Shown in pieces: positions 51,948 through 60,652 of a DNA stretch of 64,000 nucleotides (position 1 is its first letter; each line of letters starts with the position of its first letter). The notes below the pieces were generated by a model. That model was not told where the DNA came from, did not search any database, and was given only the letters and a program-made list of their open reading frames with translations. Source of the stretch: an uncultured delta proteobacterium (lineage in GTDB: Bacteria > Bdellovibrionota > FAC87 > UBA2466); the NCBI GenBank assembly GCA_963778115.1, contig CAVZSV010000004.1, positions 832,001 through 896,000 of the forward strand, given 5' to 3'. The position numbers and the translations under genes are program-made.

Positions 51948-53405
51948 TTACTGAACTTGTTCGCCCGACATTTTCTGAGGTATCACTATTGCGGCCGCCT
52001 TCATCTCTTCGATCTCTTTGGCCAGATCAGCACTTCGCTTGGAGAGTTCTTCATGCTTTACCCTGGCTGCATCAAGTTTCTCCTCGTTCTCTGGAATTGA
52101 GTGTGCTTCAAGCTGGGTAATCTCTCTCGCTTTCGCTTCGATCTGAAGGCTTAGAATATCTAACTCTGCCATTTTGACTGTCGTTTTCAGCTCATTTAAC
52201 TTCGTCGAAAAGATTACGCCATTTGTCCCAATTGCATCATTCGCGTCCTTCACGGCTTTGGCTAATTCTCCGCGAATAGTCTCGAGGTCATTTTTCGAAG
52301 CGGCCTTGGCGGCGGCATTCGCTCTGTCCATATCAGAACGAAGAGTCGTGATGAGCCCTTCCACTCGACCAATCTCGTCAGCTACTTTCTGTTTTGCGGT
52401 ATTAAGTTCAGCCTTCACCGCATCAACTTTAGTAGTGATCTCTTTGGTCAGATCTTGTTTGGCTTTTGCGAGTTCGGTAGTGACGCCGGCGACTTTTTCA
52501 GTCATTTCATTGCGGATGGCGATGTCGGCTTTGGTCAAATCTTCTACTTTGGTGTTCAACGCCGTAATCAACTCCGCCAAACGTTTATCCTCGGCTTGGA
52601 GTTCGGTCTTAGTATTGCCAAGTTTAGTATCCAACCCAGCAATGAGTGCGTCCAACTGAATGTCCTTAGCCTGAAGCGCTTTGGCAGTCGCTTCGAACTC
52701 TGTTCTTAGCGTAGCGAGAGTGCCCGTGAGCTTGGTATCGACTGCCGTTAAGTTAGTCTGTACGGTGTCGATATTTTTTTGAAGTTCGATATGTTTCTGG
52801 TCGATAGTTGCGAACTGGCTTCGCAATGTTCGGCGGTGGACCAATTCATTTTGCTTGGTCGTCCGATTAAAGGGACGCGCCTTGTTGAACGTGATGCTGG
52901 TAATAAAACCAGTCTTTCCAAAATTCACTTTGCATTGTGCTGTGAAATCTTCTTCGTACTCGGAGGCCTCTACGCAGAGGTCTCCCACTTCGATACGCGT
53001 AATGGGCTTACCCTTAGCGGAGAGATTTTTCGCCGTAGCGACAGCGGTATTTTGATCAAGGACTTGAGAATTTCCCATGACGAGATAAGTAGCGTCCGCA
53101 TCCACTTCGGCATCGAGATCGCTATACAACTTAAAGACGGCGACTACAGGAGCCGTCGTTAGACCGCTCGCGGGACATGGGGCTGAAGATAATTCAATCG
53201 CTTTGGTTCCATCCACGTATTGAACCGTCTGCAGACACTGGTTTTCGCTTTTAAAACCGACCTTCGCGTATTCGGAAGTCAGGGCGCTTGAAAATTCGGC
53301 CGAACCGATGGCTGTTCCACGAGGAGGGAGATCTCTTTTCTGGGCACAGCCCAAAAGAGCGACCATTCCAATAACCGCAACGAGACCAACTTTACGCGTA
53401 ACCAT
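51948..53405 (-). CDS. long coiled-coil lipoprotein
   Basis: Lipobox LLGC; four-Cys N-domain; about 290 aa of heptad repeats. Confidence 0.75.
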   Translation of the reverse strand: MVTRKVGLVAVIGMVALLGCAQKRDLPPRGTAIGSAEFSSALTSEYAKVGFKSENQCLQTVQYVDGTKAIELSSAPCPASGLTTAPVVAVFKLYSDLDAEVDADATYLVMGNSQVLDQNTAVATAKNLSAKGKPITRIEVGDLCVEASEYEEDFTAQCKVNFGKTGFITSITFNKARPFNRTTKQNELVHRRTLRSQFATIDQKHIELQKNIDTVQTNLTAVDTKLTGTLATLRTEFEATAKALQAKDIQLDALIAGLDTKLGNTKTELQAEDKRLAELITALNTKVEDLTKADIAIRNEMTEKVAGVTTELAKAKQDLTKEITTKVDAVKAELNTAKQKVADEIGRVEGLITTLRSDMDRANAAAKAASKNDLETIRGELAKAVKDANDAIGTNGVIFSTKLNELKTTVKMAELDILSLQIEAKAREITQLEAHSIPENEEKLDAARVKHEELSKRSADLAKEIEEMKAAAIVIPQKMSGEQVQ

Positions 53406-53692
53406 CCGCACTCCTTCGAATCGATATGGAAAGTTTCACCCCAAAAGAACGCGCAAGATACCCGCACTGACGCATCGTGTCAACATATAACTATTTAAAA
53501 TAACACTGGGAGATTGGGCAGGGGGCGTTTCAATAGGCCCAAGGCCCTTATCTTTCCGTAAACAAAGTCGAATGCTCCCGAGGCACCCGACTAGGGAAAA
53601 AGAATTACCGCTGTGTGATTACCCAATAGATTTTTGGAACATGACATCCCCCACATGGCGTTGTATTTCGCTATCAATAGAGGGGGTATTTC

Positions 53693-54196
53693 ATGCGTGT
53701 TTCAAGGCTCGTCATTGCCATCATCGTATTGGCTACCTTAGGCAGAGGAGTCCAAAGCCATGCTGACAACGGAACGCCCCCCACGGCGGCTAGTTTGCAT
53801 TGGCTAGCAGGAACGTGGAAATCGACTTCACAAAATAGCGACGAACAGATCCAATTCATGGAACCCTTAGCAGGCCTCATCCTAGGAGCCAGTCGGATGG
53901 TGAGCGATAATAAGGTGGCCTTCGCCGAACTTATTCGGATTCAAGAAAGCGCCAGAGGACTTGTCTTAAATCCCAATCCCCTATTCCTGTTGGACGTTGG
54001 CAAAGTCGGAACTACTTTCATCTACAGCACGGAAAAAAGTACCGCGGAAAGTGCGGTTTTCGAAAATCCGCAAAACGTTCCCACCACCATCATTTACGAA
54101 CGCAAGGACAGCGACGGCCTCGTCAATTATGCCCGTAACGCCAAAGGCCAAGACCTACCGGGAACTCCGATGACATACCGCAAAGTAGGAAATTAA
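53693..54196 (+). CDS. secreted protein, DUF6265-like
   Basis: Signal peptide, LHWLAGTW, AVFENP...PTTIIY. Confidence 0.65.
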   Translation: MRVSRLVIAIIVLATLGRGVQSHADNGTPPTAASLHWLAGTWKSTSQNSDEQIQFMEPLAGLILGASRMVSDNKVAFAELIRIQESARGLVLNPNPLFLLDVGKVGTTFIYSTEKSTAESAVFENPQNVPTTIIYERKDSDGLVNYARNAKGQDLPGTPMTYRKVGN

Positions 54197-54335
54197 ATAG
54201 CATTTGGGAAAACTGCCCCACTCGGGGATTTTTGGTACATGACACAACGCAGGAGCCAAGCCTACGGGATTGGCATCGGCGATGCATTGCTAGAAATAGA
54301 AAGGTTTCATTTCGAGGAACGGACGGGGGACATCG

Positions 54336-54749
54336 ATGAAACACGTAGGAAAAAACCTAATCGTTCGGCTGGCAATGCTCTTGGCACTTCTCACTTTATC
54401 GGGATGTTATTTAGCGGCGGAGCCCGATGATTACTATGATCCCGATCCGGCACCTCCCTTTGTGGAAGGACAGAGTGCTCAACTCGTGACCTATGTGAAC
54501 TCCGCTTTCACCTATCAGCTAACGTGCAACACCAATGTCGGAGATCCTTGTCAGTTCACACTAATCAACACCCCCTTGCACGGCACTTTGCAATTAGTGT
54601 CTAGCTCGGGGCAAATAGTCTACACGCCGGACCCGGGTTATGTGGGATATGACAACTTTGATTTTCAAACCCAAGTAGATGATCTGGTCGCCGACGCTCC
54701 GGCGACCATAACCATCCAAATAAATCCGGTGGGCACACATCATACTTAG
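54336..54749 (+). CDS. lipoprotein with Ig-like (Big_9-type) domain
   Basis: Lipobox LSGC; PLHGTL...IVYTPDPGYVGYDNFDF. Confidence 0.75.
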   Translation: MKHVGKNLIVRLAMLLALLTLSGCYLAAEPDDYYDPDPAPPFVEGQSAQLVTYVNSAFTYQLTCNTNVGDPCQFTLINTPLHGTLQLVSSSGQIVYTPDPGYVGYDNFDFQTQVDDLVADAPATITIQINPVGTHHT

Positions 54750-55042
54750 GGAACGCCTGGTTCGTTCGTCCTTTTCTGGCTCTGAAACTCAATGCCTCCG
54801 GTGAACTTGGTAAGCCAGTTATAGATAACGCAGACAAAAGCTACCATAACGAAACCAATGACCGCGTAGAGAAAGGGGATGAAAAGCATGAGAGCCCCTC
54901 CGAGATGGCCGAATTTTCCTTCGGTATGAAAGGCAATGGAAAGAATTCCAACAGGGATGCAGATAACGGCTGTTAGAACAAAGTACAAGATCGCCATCAC
55001 CTTAGCGGTTTGAACGGTTTCAAACTTCATGATTTGTTGCAT
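54746..55042 (-). CDS. small two-TM membrane protein (DUF3566-like)
   Basis: QTAKVMAILY...IYNWLTKFTGGIEF. Confidence 0.7.
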   Translation of the reverse strand: MQQIMKFETVQTAKVMAILYFVLTAVICIPVGILSIAFHTEGKFGHLGGALMLFIPFLYAVIGFVMVAFVCVIYNWLTKFTGGIEFQSQKRTNEPGVP

Positions 55043-55215
55043 TAGAGTTCCTGGTTAGTGGGAAAAGCAGCGTAAATTATACCAAAGTCGATGAGAACCC
55101 TGAGGGCAGCGACAAAAAGTGGCCCTCCGCCTTTTCCTTTGCCAGCAATATTATCCACTACAAGCGGGAAATGGCTTGGATCCGGCGTTGCAAAGAAGAC
55201 CGCAGGAGGTCGTCT

Positions 55216-55533
55216 GTGCCACGATGGATAATTGCCTTTCTTTGCGTTTCCCCCTTGATGTTGGGTTGTGCTCATACCGATTCGGACCCTATAGGGAAAG
55301 ACATTGCCCAGTCCATCTCCGCTGAGGACAAAGCGGAAGCGGTTGATAATAGAGTACCGCCAAATACCGTTATCTCGAGTTCCCCGGCGGTAGCGGCCCC
55401 GCGACCGAAACGTGTTTCGGAAATGTCCATGCAAGGCAGCCGTCCGACTCGTCACAAGCGAATTGCCAGCCACAAAGTTCAGCACAGACACCACAAAACA
55501 AAAAGGAAGCAGGAGGATAACCTGGCTTCGTAA
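55216..55533 (+). CDS. putative small lipoprotein with basic tail
   Basis: AGGAGGT RBS, GTG start, MLGC lipobox. Confidence 0.6.
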   Translation: MPRWIIAFLCVSPLMLGCAHTDSDPIGKDIAQSISAEDKAEAVDNRVPPNTVISSSPAVAAPRPKRVSEMSMQGSRPTRHKRIASHKVQHRHHKTKRKQEDNLAS

Positions 55534-55680
55534 CTCGTACGCGCAAAACGTCACCGATGTGTATCTCGTTGGCGAATTCATTCGCCACGGAAAGAGAATA
55601 TTTGGCGTTACTCTTCAAGAATGCAGGGAGCGGAACGACTCTTGCTTTCATTCTCAGCGGAGGAGAGCCGGTGAGGCAAC

Positions 55681-56397
55681 ATGCGTCGACTATGGGTGAC
55701 AACGATCCTGCTTAGCATTTTAAGTGGCCTTTGTTTTGCGGAAACTCCGAGGAAGATTCACGTTGAGCCCATCGTTCAGGCAGGCCAAGCAGGAGACTCC
55801 ATCGCAAATTCCCAGGACAACCCCGAACAACATCGCCTTCCCTTGGACATTATCGTCTGGAAGAACGTAAATGGGTTTGAGACGCTCGTCAGCGAGTACC
55901 GGCACGAATATCCTGGATCCAACCAATGGCAGGCAACTTTGGATTTCTTAAATTTAGACGAACACCGCTGCCTCAAACACTGGATACAACAGCTAATTAA
56001 AGATTTAAAATCAGCAGACGTGCAAAGAGCTGAGCGCACCGGACTCGTCGGGAACAAACCCAGATTTACCTACACCGTTGAATTCATTAATAGTGCGCTC
56101 GACGAAGACGTTTACCAATGCGGTGGTTACGCCATTAAACTACGAGTGACCGCTTTCCTCGATCATCACGATAGCCAAATCGATGTCCCCGGCGATGCAT
56201 TAGCTGGAGTCTATGAAGTTCCCAAATCCTACATCGTAAAAGATGACACGGGCTTTGGAGTGCTTAAAAAAAGTGAACTGTTGCACGTCATCCAAGAAGC
56301 CAAGAGAGACTGGCATGATGAGATCGCAAATTATCGGAGGTCTTCGGATCCCGAAATTCAAACCGCCGTTGGCCCTAAACGAAATGATCTCCCTTAA
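55681..56397 (+). CDS. secreted hypothetical protein
   Basis: GAGG RBS; signal peptide ending CFA. Confidence 0.75.
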   Translation: MRRLWVTTILLSILSGLCFAETPRKIHVEPIVQAGQAGDSIANSQDNPEQHRLPLDIIVWKNVNGFETLVSEYRHEYPGSNQWQATLDFLNLDEHRCLKHWIQQLIKDLKSADVQRAERTGLVGNKPRFTYTVEFINSALDEDVYQCGGYAIKLRVTAFLDHHDSQIDVPGDALAGVYEVPKSYIVKDDTGFGVLKKSELLHVIQEAKRDWHDEIANYRRSSDPEIQTAVGPKRNDLP

Positions 56398-56542
56398 CTC
56401 TTCGTTTTAATACCCGTTATCTCCTACTCAATATCCCTCGATCGTCCAATCCTTAGACACTCCAAAGATGGATTTTATTCATCTTTTTATAGGCATCACG
56501 ATTGCACTATTTAGGGATGCAACGGGGTTCCGGGGGACATCA

Positions 56543-57685
56543 ATGTACGGCAACAAAAACCACTCTAGTTACGCTCTATTGCTCTTGATCCTAAACTTCT
56601 TAATGTTGGCGCATCCAGCGCCCCTCTATGCTTGGCCGCCCGATCGCAATCAAGCCGATCGAAATTCACAGCAGCTGACCGGCGATGGAGCCCAACAACA
56701 GCAACAGGCCGCCCTGCTAAACCGAGCGGCCGCGGCCGGTTACGAATCTCAAGCCCGAGACCAAGACGCCATCTGCGCCTCCTGACACCAAGGAGGAACG
56801 TCGCCTGAGGCTCAGGCGGCAAAACAAAAGGCGGCAGACCTGCGTCAACTGGAGAACGTAGAACTCCAAAAAGCAGCGATGCACGACGCTCAGGCCAAAG
56901 CGCTAAGCGACGCCGCCTCTCAGTTCGATAAAGACGCAAAAACGGTTACCAACGACGAAACCACCAAAGGCGACCAGCTCAAAGGCCAGAGTGACTCTAA
57001 TCACTGGAACGGAGCCGAGCTTGAAATGGAAAGAGGCGATAAAGCCGCCAATGCCGGGACAGGTTCGGATTCGTCGACTGCGGCTTCCGCCGCAAGTCGC
57101 CCCACGCCCACAAATAACTCCGATCCGCTCTCCCAACTGGCCTCTCTACAAGCCGATGCAACCCTCGGGGGAAATGGAAATCGAGAGGCAGAGAATACCA
57201 GGGTGACGGGAACTACCGCAGGACATCTGCAAAACGAACTGGCTGATTTGGCAGCTTCAGAAAATGGAAAAGGAGCAAAGGGGGAAAATGGGAGGGGAAT
57301 TAGCGGTGGTGGAAGTGCTGATGCGAACCCCTCAGATCACTCCTCCTCTTTTCTAGCGGGCCTGGAAGCGCAGACTAAGAATGGCGGCCTACTAGCTAAG
57401 GGAATCTTGGAAACCGAAAGTCAATCCGGACAGGGGAATAAAGCAAATTCACTTAATGCTGGCTTGCCAAATGTTTCGGAGCATTCTTTGGGAAACCCCA
57501 AGGCCGGAGCGGGCAGCTCTTCTAAGATGCTTTCCCTTGGTGGAGCTGGGCCCGCATCCGGCACTCTCAGAGGCTTATTTTCTCTAAGTGGCTTAAATTC
57601 CCTATTCCACTCGACGACAGGATTCTTGCTGCTGATTCTTGGTGCCCTCGCTCTTGTCGTAGGGAGCCGCCGCCGAAACCAATAA
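56543..57685 (+). CDS. secreted, C-terminally anchored protein with in-frame TGA in a CxxUH motif (candidate selenoprotein cytochrome c, or nonsense pseudogene)
   Basis: ORFs 56468..56785 and 56879..57685 share a frame and are separated only by TGA 56783-56785. Signal peptide at the start; TM segment plus RRR at the end. Confidence 0.65.
56800..56820 (+). promoter_or_regulatory. SECIS-like hairpin
   Basis: GTCGCCTGA-GGC-TCAGGCGGC, starting 14 nt after the in-frame TGA. Confidence 0.4.
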
Positions 57686-57702
57686 GCCATTTATGAGAAT
57701 GA

Positions 57703-58197
57703 CTAGTGAGTCGTCCCTAAAAGACGATTCACTTCCGTCTGGATATCGCTTGCGCTCAAGTCGCCACTTTTGGTGATATTCCCCGTCTGATCTACGACGA
57801 CGGAAAAGGGAATATAGTCTTGAGCGCCAAATTGCTGGCCGAAGTCTTCGGATTTTCCAGCCACTACAAACGTAATATTATGTTGCGACTTCCATTGCTG
57901 AAGAAACGAAACGTCTGGCTGAGATCCGTTATCGTATCCTTCGCCGGAAAGGCTCGCGAATATTACGTTGGGATTGTTCGCATACGTGCTTGCATAGAGA
58001 GGCGCCAAGTCATCCATCTCTTGGTTGCAATACGGACACCAACCCGCATCAAAGACGAATACCTGAACTTTACCCAATCCATCCGTAGTGCAGAACTGGG
58101 TATTGTCCACCGTAGTGAAGCAGTCTTTTGCCAAATCCGCGCGAGCTACTCCAGCGGAAAAAATCAACAACGCTACTATCGATAAAAAATATTTCAT
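57703..58197 (-). CDS. secreted thioredoxin-like (TlpA-type) protein
   Basis: AGGAGG RBS, signal peptide, AGWCPYC, YIPFSVVVD. Confidence 0.85.
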   Translation of the reverse strand: MKYFLSIVALLIFSAGVARADLAKDCFTTVDNTQFCTTDGLGKVQVFVFDAGWCPYCNQEMDDLAPLYASTYANNPNVIFASLSGEGYDNGSQPDVSFLQQWKSQHNITFVVAGKSEDFGQQFGAQDYIPFSVVVDQTGNITKSGDLSASDIQTEVNRLLGTTH

Positions 58198-58338
58198 AGT
58201 TTCCTCCTGTACTTCGATTATGACTTTCCCCTAGTACAGGACTGGAGAGTGAGACCTGTTTCCCCTAACAACTGCTAACAGGATTTAGCAAAATCAGTCA
58301 GATATTTGACGGTATTTTTCTAATAACGCGGAGGTCGT

Positions 58339-59565
58339 CTAAGGATAAAAACCCCGCTCTTTGAGGAAAGATCGAAAAGATTCCTCGGCATCTAGCGTAG
58401 CAATATCGCGCGCCGCTAGGCGTACCCTTGCCGAGAGTTGATTGTCCGAAAGCATTTCCATGACGATCTGGGAAAGTCGGCAAGACGTTAGGGTTCCCGA
58501 ACGAAGCCGCTTTCCCAAGCCCTTGGCGCAAAACTTCTCCATGCAAAGATACTGATCCAAGTTAAAGGGAATCCCAAGTACCGGGACTCCTTCACAGATG
58601 GCCTGATAAGCTAACGTGCTACCGCCGTTACAGATCACCAAACTGGCTCTGCGGCTGGCTAGATCGGCGGGCAAGTAATCGGCCACATAAACATTTTTTG
58701 GTGAAGACGAGAGTCGGGTTCGTCCTGCAGTGGCTACCAAGAGGTTTACGTTTTGGCGTGCCAAGGATGCTACCAAAAGAGGCAATAGCGACGAGTCCCC
58801 TGAAGAACCCATCGAAATAAAAAGCGAGGGACGAGTCGAATCCACCTCGTCCCACCACGGCGGCAGGGCTATGGAGCCCTTCCAAAGAATAGGTCCCAAA
58901 TATCTCTGATTCGTCGGTAAGTTGTTGGTGGGGACAATTTCGGGAGAGTCAGAAAACAAAGTGTAGTCGCCGTAGCTATAGACCTCCTCCATGTTAGCAA
59001 AGGGTCTAAGACCATAGTGTCTTCTTAGCCGATTCAACGGAAAGGCATGCAGGCGAAGCACCCAAGGAATCAATGGCTTCATCAGGGAGCTAGCCAAAGC
59101 AACTCCCAGCCATTTAACTAACGGGTGCTCGGGAAGCGGATACGTTTCGCCTCTGGCATAGGGGCTCCAATGCGCATTCGTTATCGTCGCAAGAGGGACT
59201 TGGGCTAGCTTAGCGCTAATCGACAATGAGATTCTCATGTCGCTTACGATGAGATCCGGTTTGATTCGACGAATGAGAGCCAAATCCTCTTCGATATATC
59301 GTTTCAATGTCTGGTAACCAAACGGAGGTAGTCCCCTGGAGAGAGCGCGAGTGAAGTCCAGAGCAGAGATCGAATACAGGGGCCATCGTTGGGTTTCAAA
59401 TCCCTCATAGAGCGAGGCAAAACGGTCAGCGCTAGCAAAGTGAATCTCTATATTCTCTTTCTCTAGTGACCTACATAGAGCAAGGGGACGGGTCACATGG
59501 GCAGCGGTTACCGCTTCACTAACGAATAGGAGGCGCTTAGAAGAAAAGCCCTTTGTTTTTTGCAT
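58339..59565 (-). CDS. glycosyltransferase (GT-B, GT1/MGT-like)
   Basis: AHVTRP, SMGSSG, VICNGGS...GVPVLGIPFNLDQ. Confidence 0.88.
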   Translation of the reverse strand: MQKTKGFSSKRLLFVSEAVTAAHVTRPLALCRSLEKENIEIHFASADRFASLYEGFETQRWPLYSISALDFTRALSRGLPPFGYQTLKRYIEEDLALIRRIKPDLIVSDMRISLSISAKLAQVPLATITNAHWSPYARGETYPLPEHPLVKWLGVALASSLMKPLIPWVLRLHAFPLNRLRRHYGLRPFANMEEVYSYGDYTLFSDSPEIVPTNNLPTNQRYLGPILWKGSIALPPWWDEVDSTRPSLFISMGSSGDSSLLPLLVASLARQNVNLLVATAGRTRLSSSPKNVYVADYLPADLASRRASLVICNGGSTLAYQAICEGVPVLGIPFNLDQYLCMEKFCAKGLGKRLRSGTLTSCRLSQIVMEMLSDNQLSARVRLAARDIATLDAEESFRSFLKERGFYP

Positions 59566-59600
59566 TCGAGACTATTGTACGGTGTCGTTGGGCACTAGAC

Positions 59601-59640
59601 AAAAAAAATCCCACTCCAAACTGGAGTGGGATCTCTTTTT
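59601..59640. terminator. bidirectional intrinsic terminator
   Basis: A8 run, stem ATCCCACTCCA-aac-TGGAGTGGGAT, T run; just past the stop of the 59656 gene. Confidence 0.85.
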
Positions 59641-59655
59641 GAAACTAAATAAAAG

Positions 59656-60600
59656 TTATTCTTGCGGAAGCACGACTAACTGCTGGCTCGCCGGAATTTC
59701 AGTACTACCTCGCAAGATAGTGCTGCCTCCGACGGTGGTAAGCGGGGTAAGAGTGCTGGTTCCGTTAAGAATCGTTCCCGTCGTACCGATCGGATAGGTC
59801 GTTCCAATGGTTCCAATCGTTCCCACGGTTCCAGCCGGATAGCTGCTTCCTAGAGTCGCAGGATAACTGGTTCCCAATACTCCTGTCGTGCCGATCGGAT
59901 AGGACGTCCCGATCGTACTGCCTACCGGAATGACTCCAGTCGTACCCGTAGAAACGCCGCCCGAAAGAGTCGAGGCCCCAATGCCTGCGGTTCCGTACGC
60001 AGCCCCTGCGTAACCGGGATATAACTGGGTTCCGCTGTAACCAGGATAGCTGGGGAACGGAGTGGCTCCATAGCCGGGATATCCGTAAGCGCCCGCTCCA
60101 TAAGGAGGTATTGCACCGTAAGGCGAAACTCCGTACGGGGGAATTCCATAGGGGGGAACTCCGTAACCGGAAGCGCCGTAACCGTACCCGCCATAACCGG
60201 GATACAGATCGGGCTGGAAATTCGAGGACCAGGAAAACTCATTCACAACATCAGGAGCTCCGAACCAACTATTGTTGTTCCAGTTATTCCAGTTGTGATG
60301 ATCGTCGCAGGGGACATTGCCACGGGCCCAGTTCTCTTTGTCGTAGGTGACATTGAGGTTAACCGTGCTGTGGTCCCAGCTATTATTGCCGTGCCAGTTA
60401 TTCCCACTGCTATTCCAATTGCTGTTGCTATTGCCCCCGTTCCAGCTGCCACCGCCACCGCCCCAGTTGTTATCGTGGGCCATACCGGTGCTAGCTGCGA
60501 ACACGGCACCTGCCAGAACTACCAGTTTAAGGGAGCGAAACGTCATTGCGATTCGCCAGCCATTACCTAGAGATTTTCTTGTTTGAATTGCGGTCTTCAT
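59656..60600 (-). CDS. secreted low-complexity protein (N/W/G, Y/G/P and G/T blocks)
   Basis: AAGGAAGGA RBS, signal-like segment, blocky composition. Confidence 0.75.
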   Translation of the reverse strand: MKTAIQTRKSLGNGWRIAMTFRSLKLVVLAGAVFAASTGMAHDNNWGGGGGSWNGGNSNSNWNSSGNNWHGNNSWDHSTVNLNVTYDKENWARGNVPCDDHHNWNNWNNNSWFGAPDVVNEFSWSSNFQPDLYPGYGGYGYGASGYGVPPYGIPPYGVSPYGAIPPYGAGAYGYPGYGATPFPSYPGYSGTQLYPGYAGAAYGTAGIGASTLSGGVSTGTTGVIPVGSTIGTSYPIGTTGVLGTSYPATLGSSYPAGTVGTIGTIGTTYPIGTTGTILNGTSTLTPLTTVGGSTILRGSTEIPASQQLVVLPQE

Positions 60601-60652
60601 GTTGTTTCCTTCCTTAAGTCGATATTCATCGGTGCCTAGTTAAGTGTTAAGT

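Noticed and set aside
55042..55581. 179-aa minus-strand ORF
   Set aside because: Antisense to a + strand ORF that has a strong RBS and a lipobox
56783..56785. Genome-wide UGA reassignment (code 4 or 25)
   Set aside because: Conserved genes such as rpsJ, adk, gltX and cca end at TGA at the expected lengths
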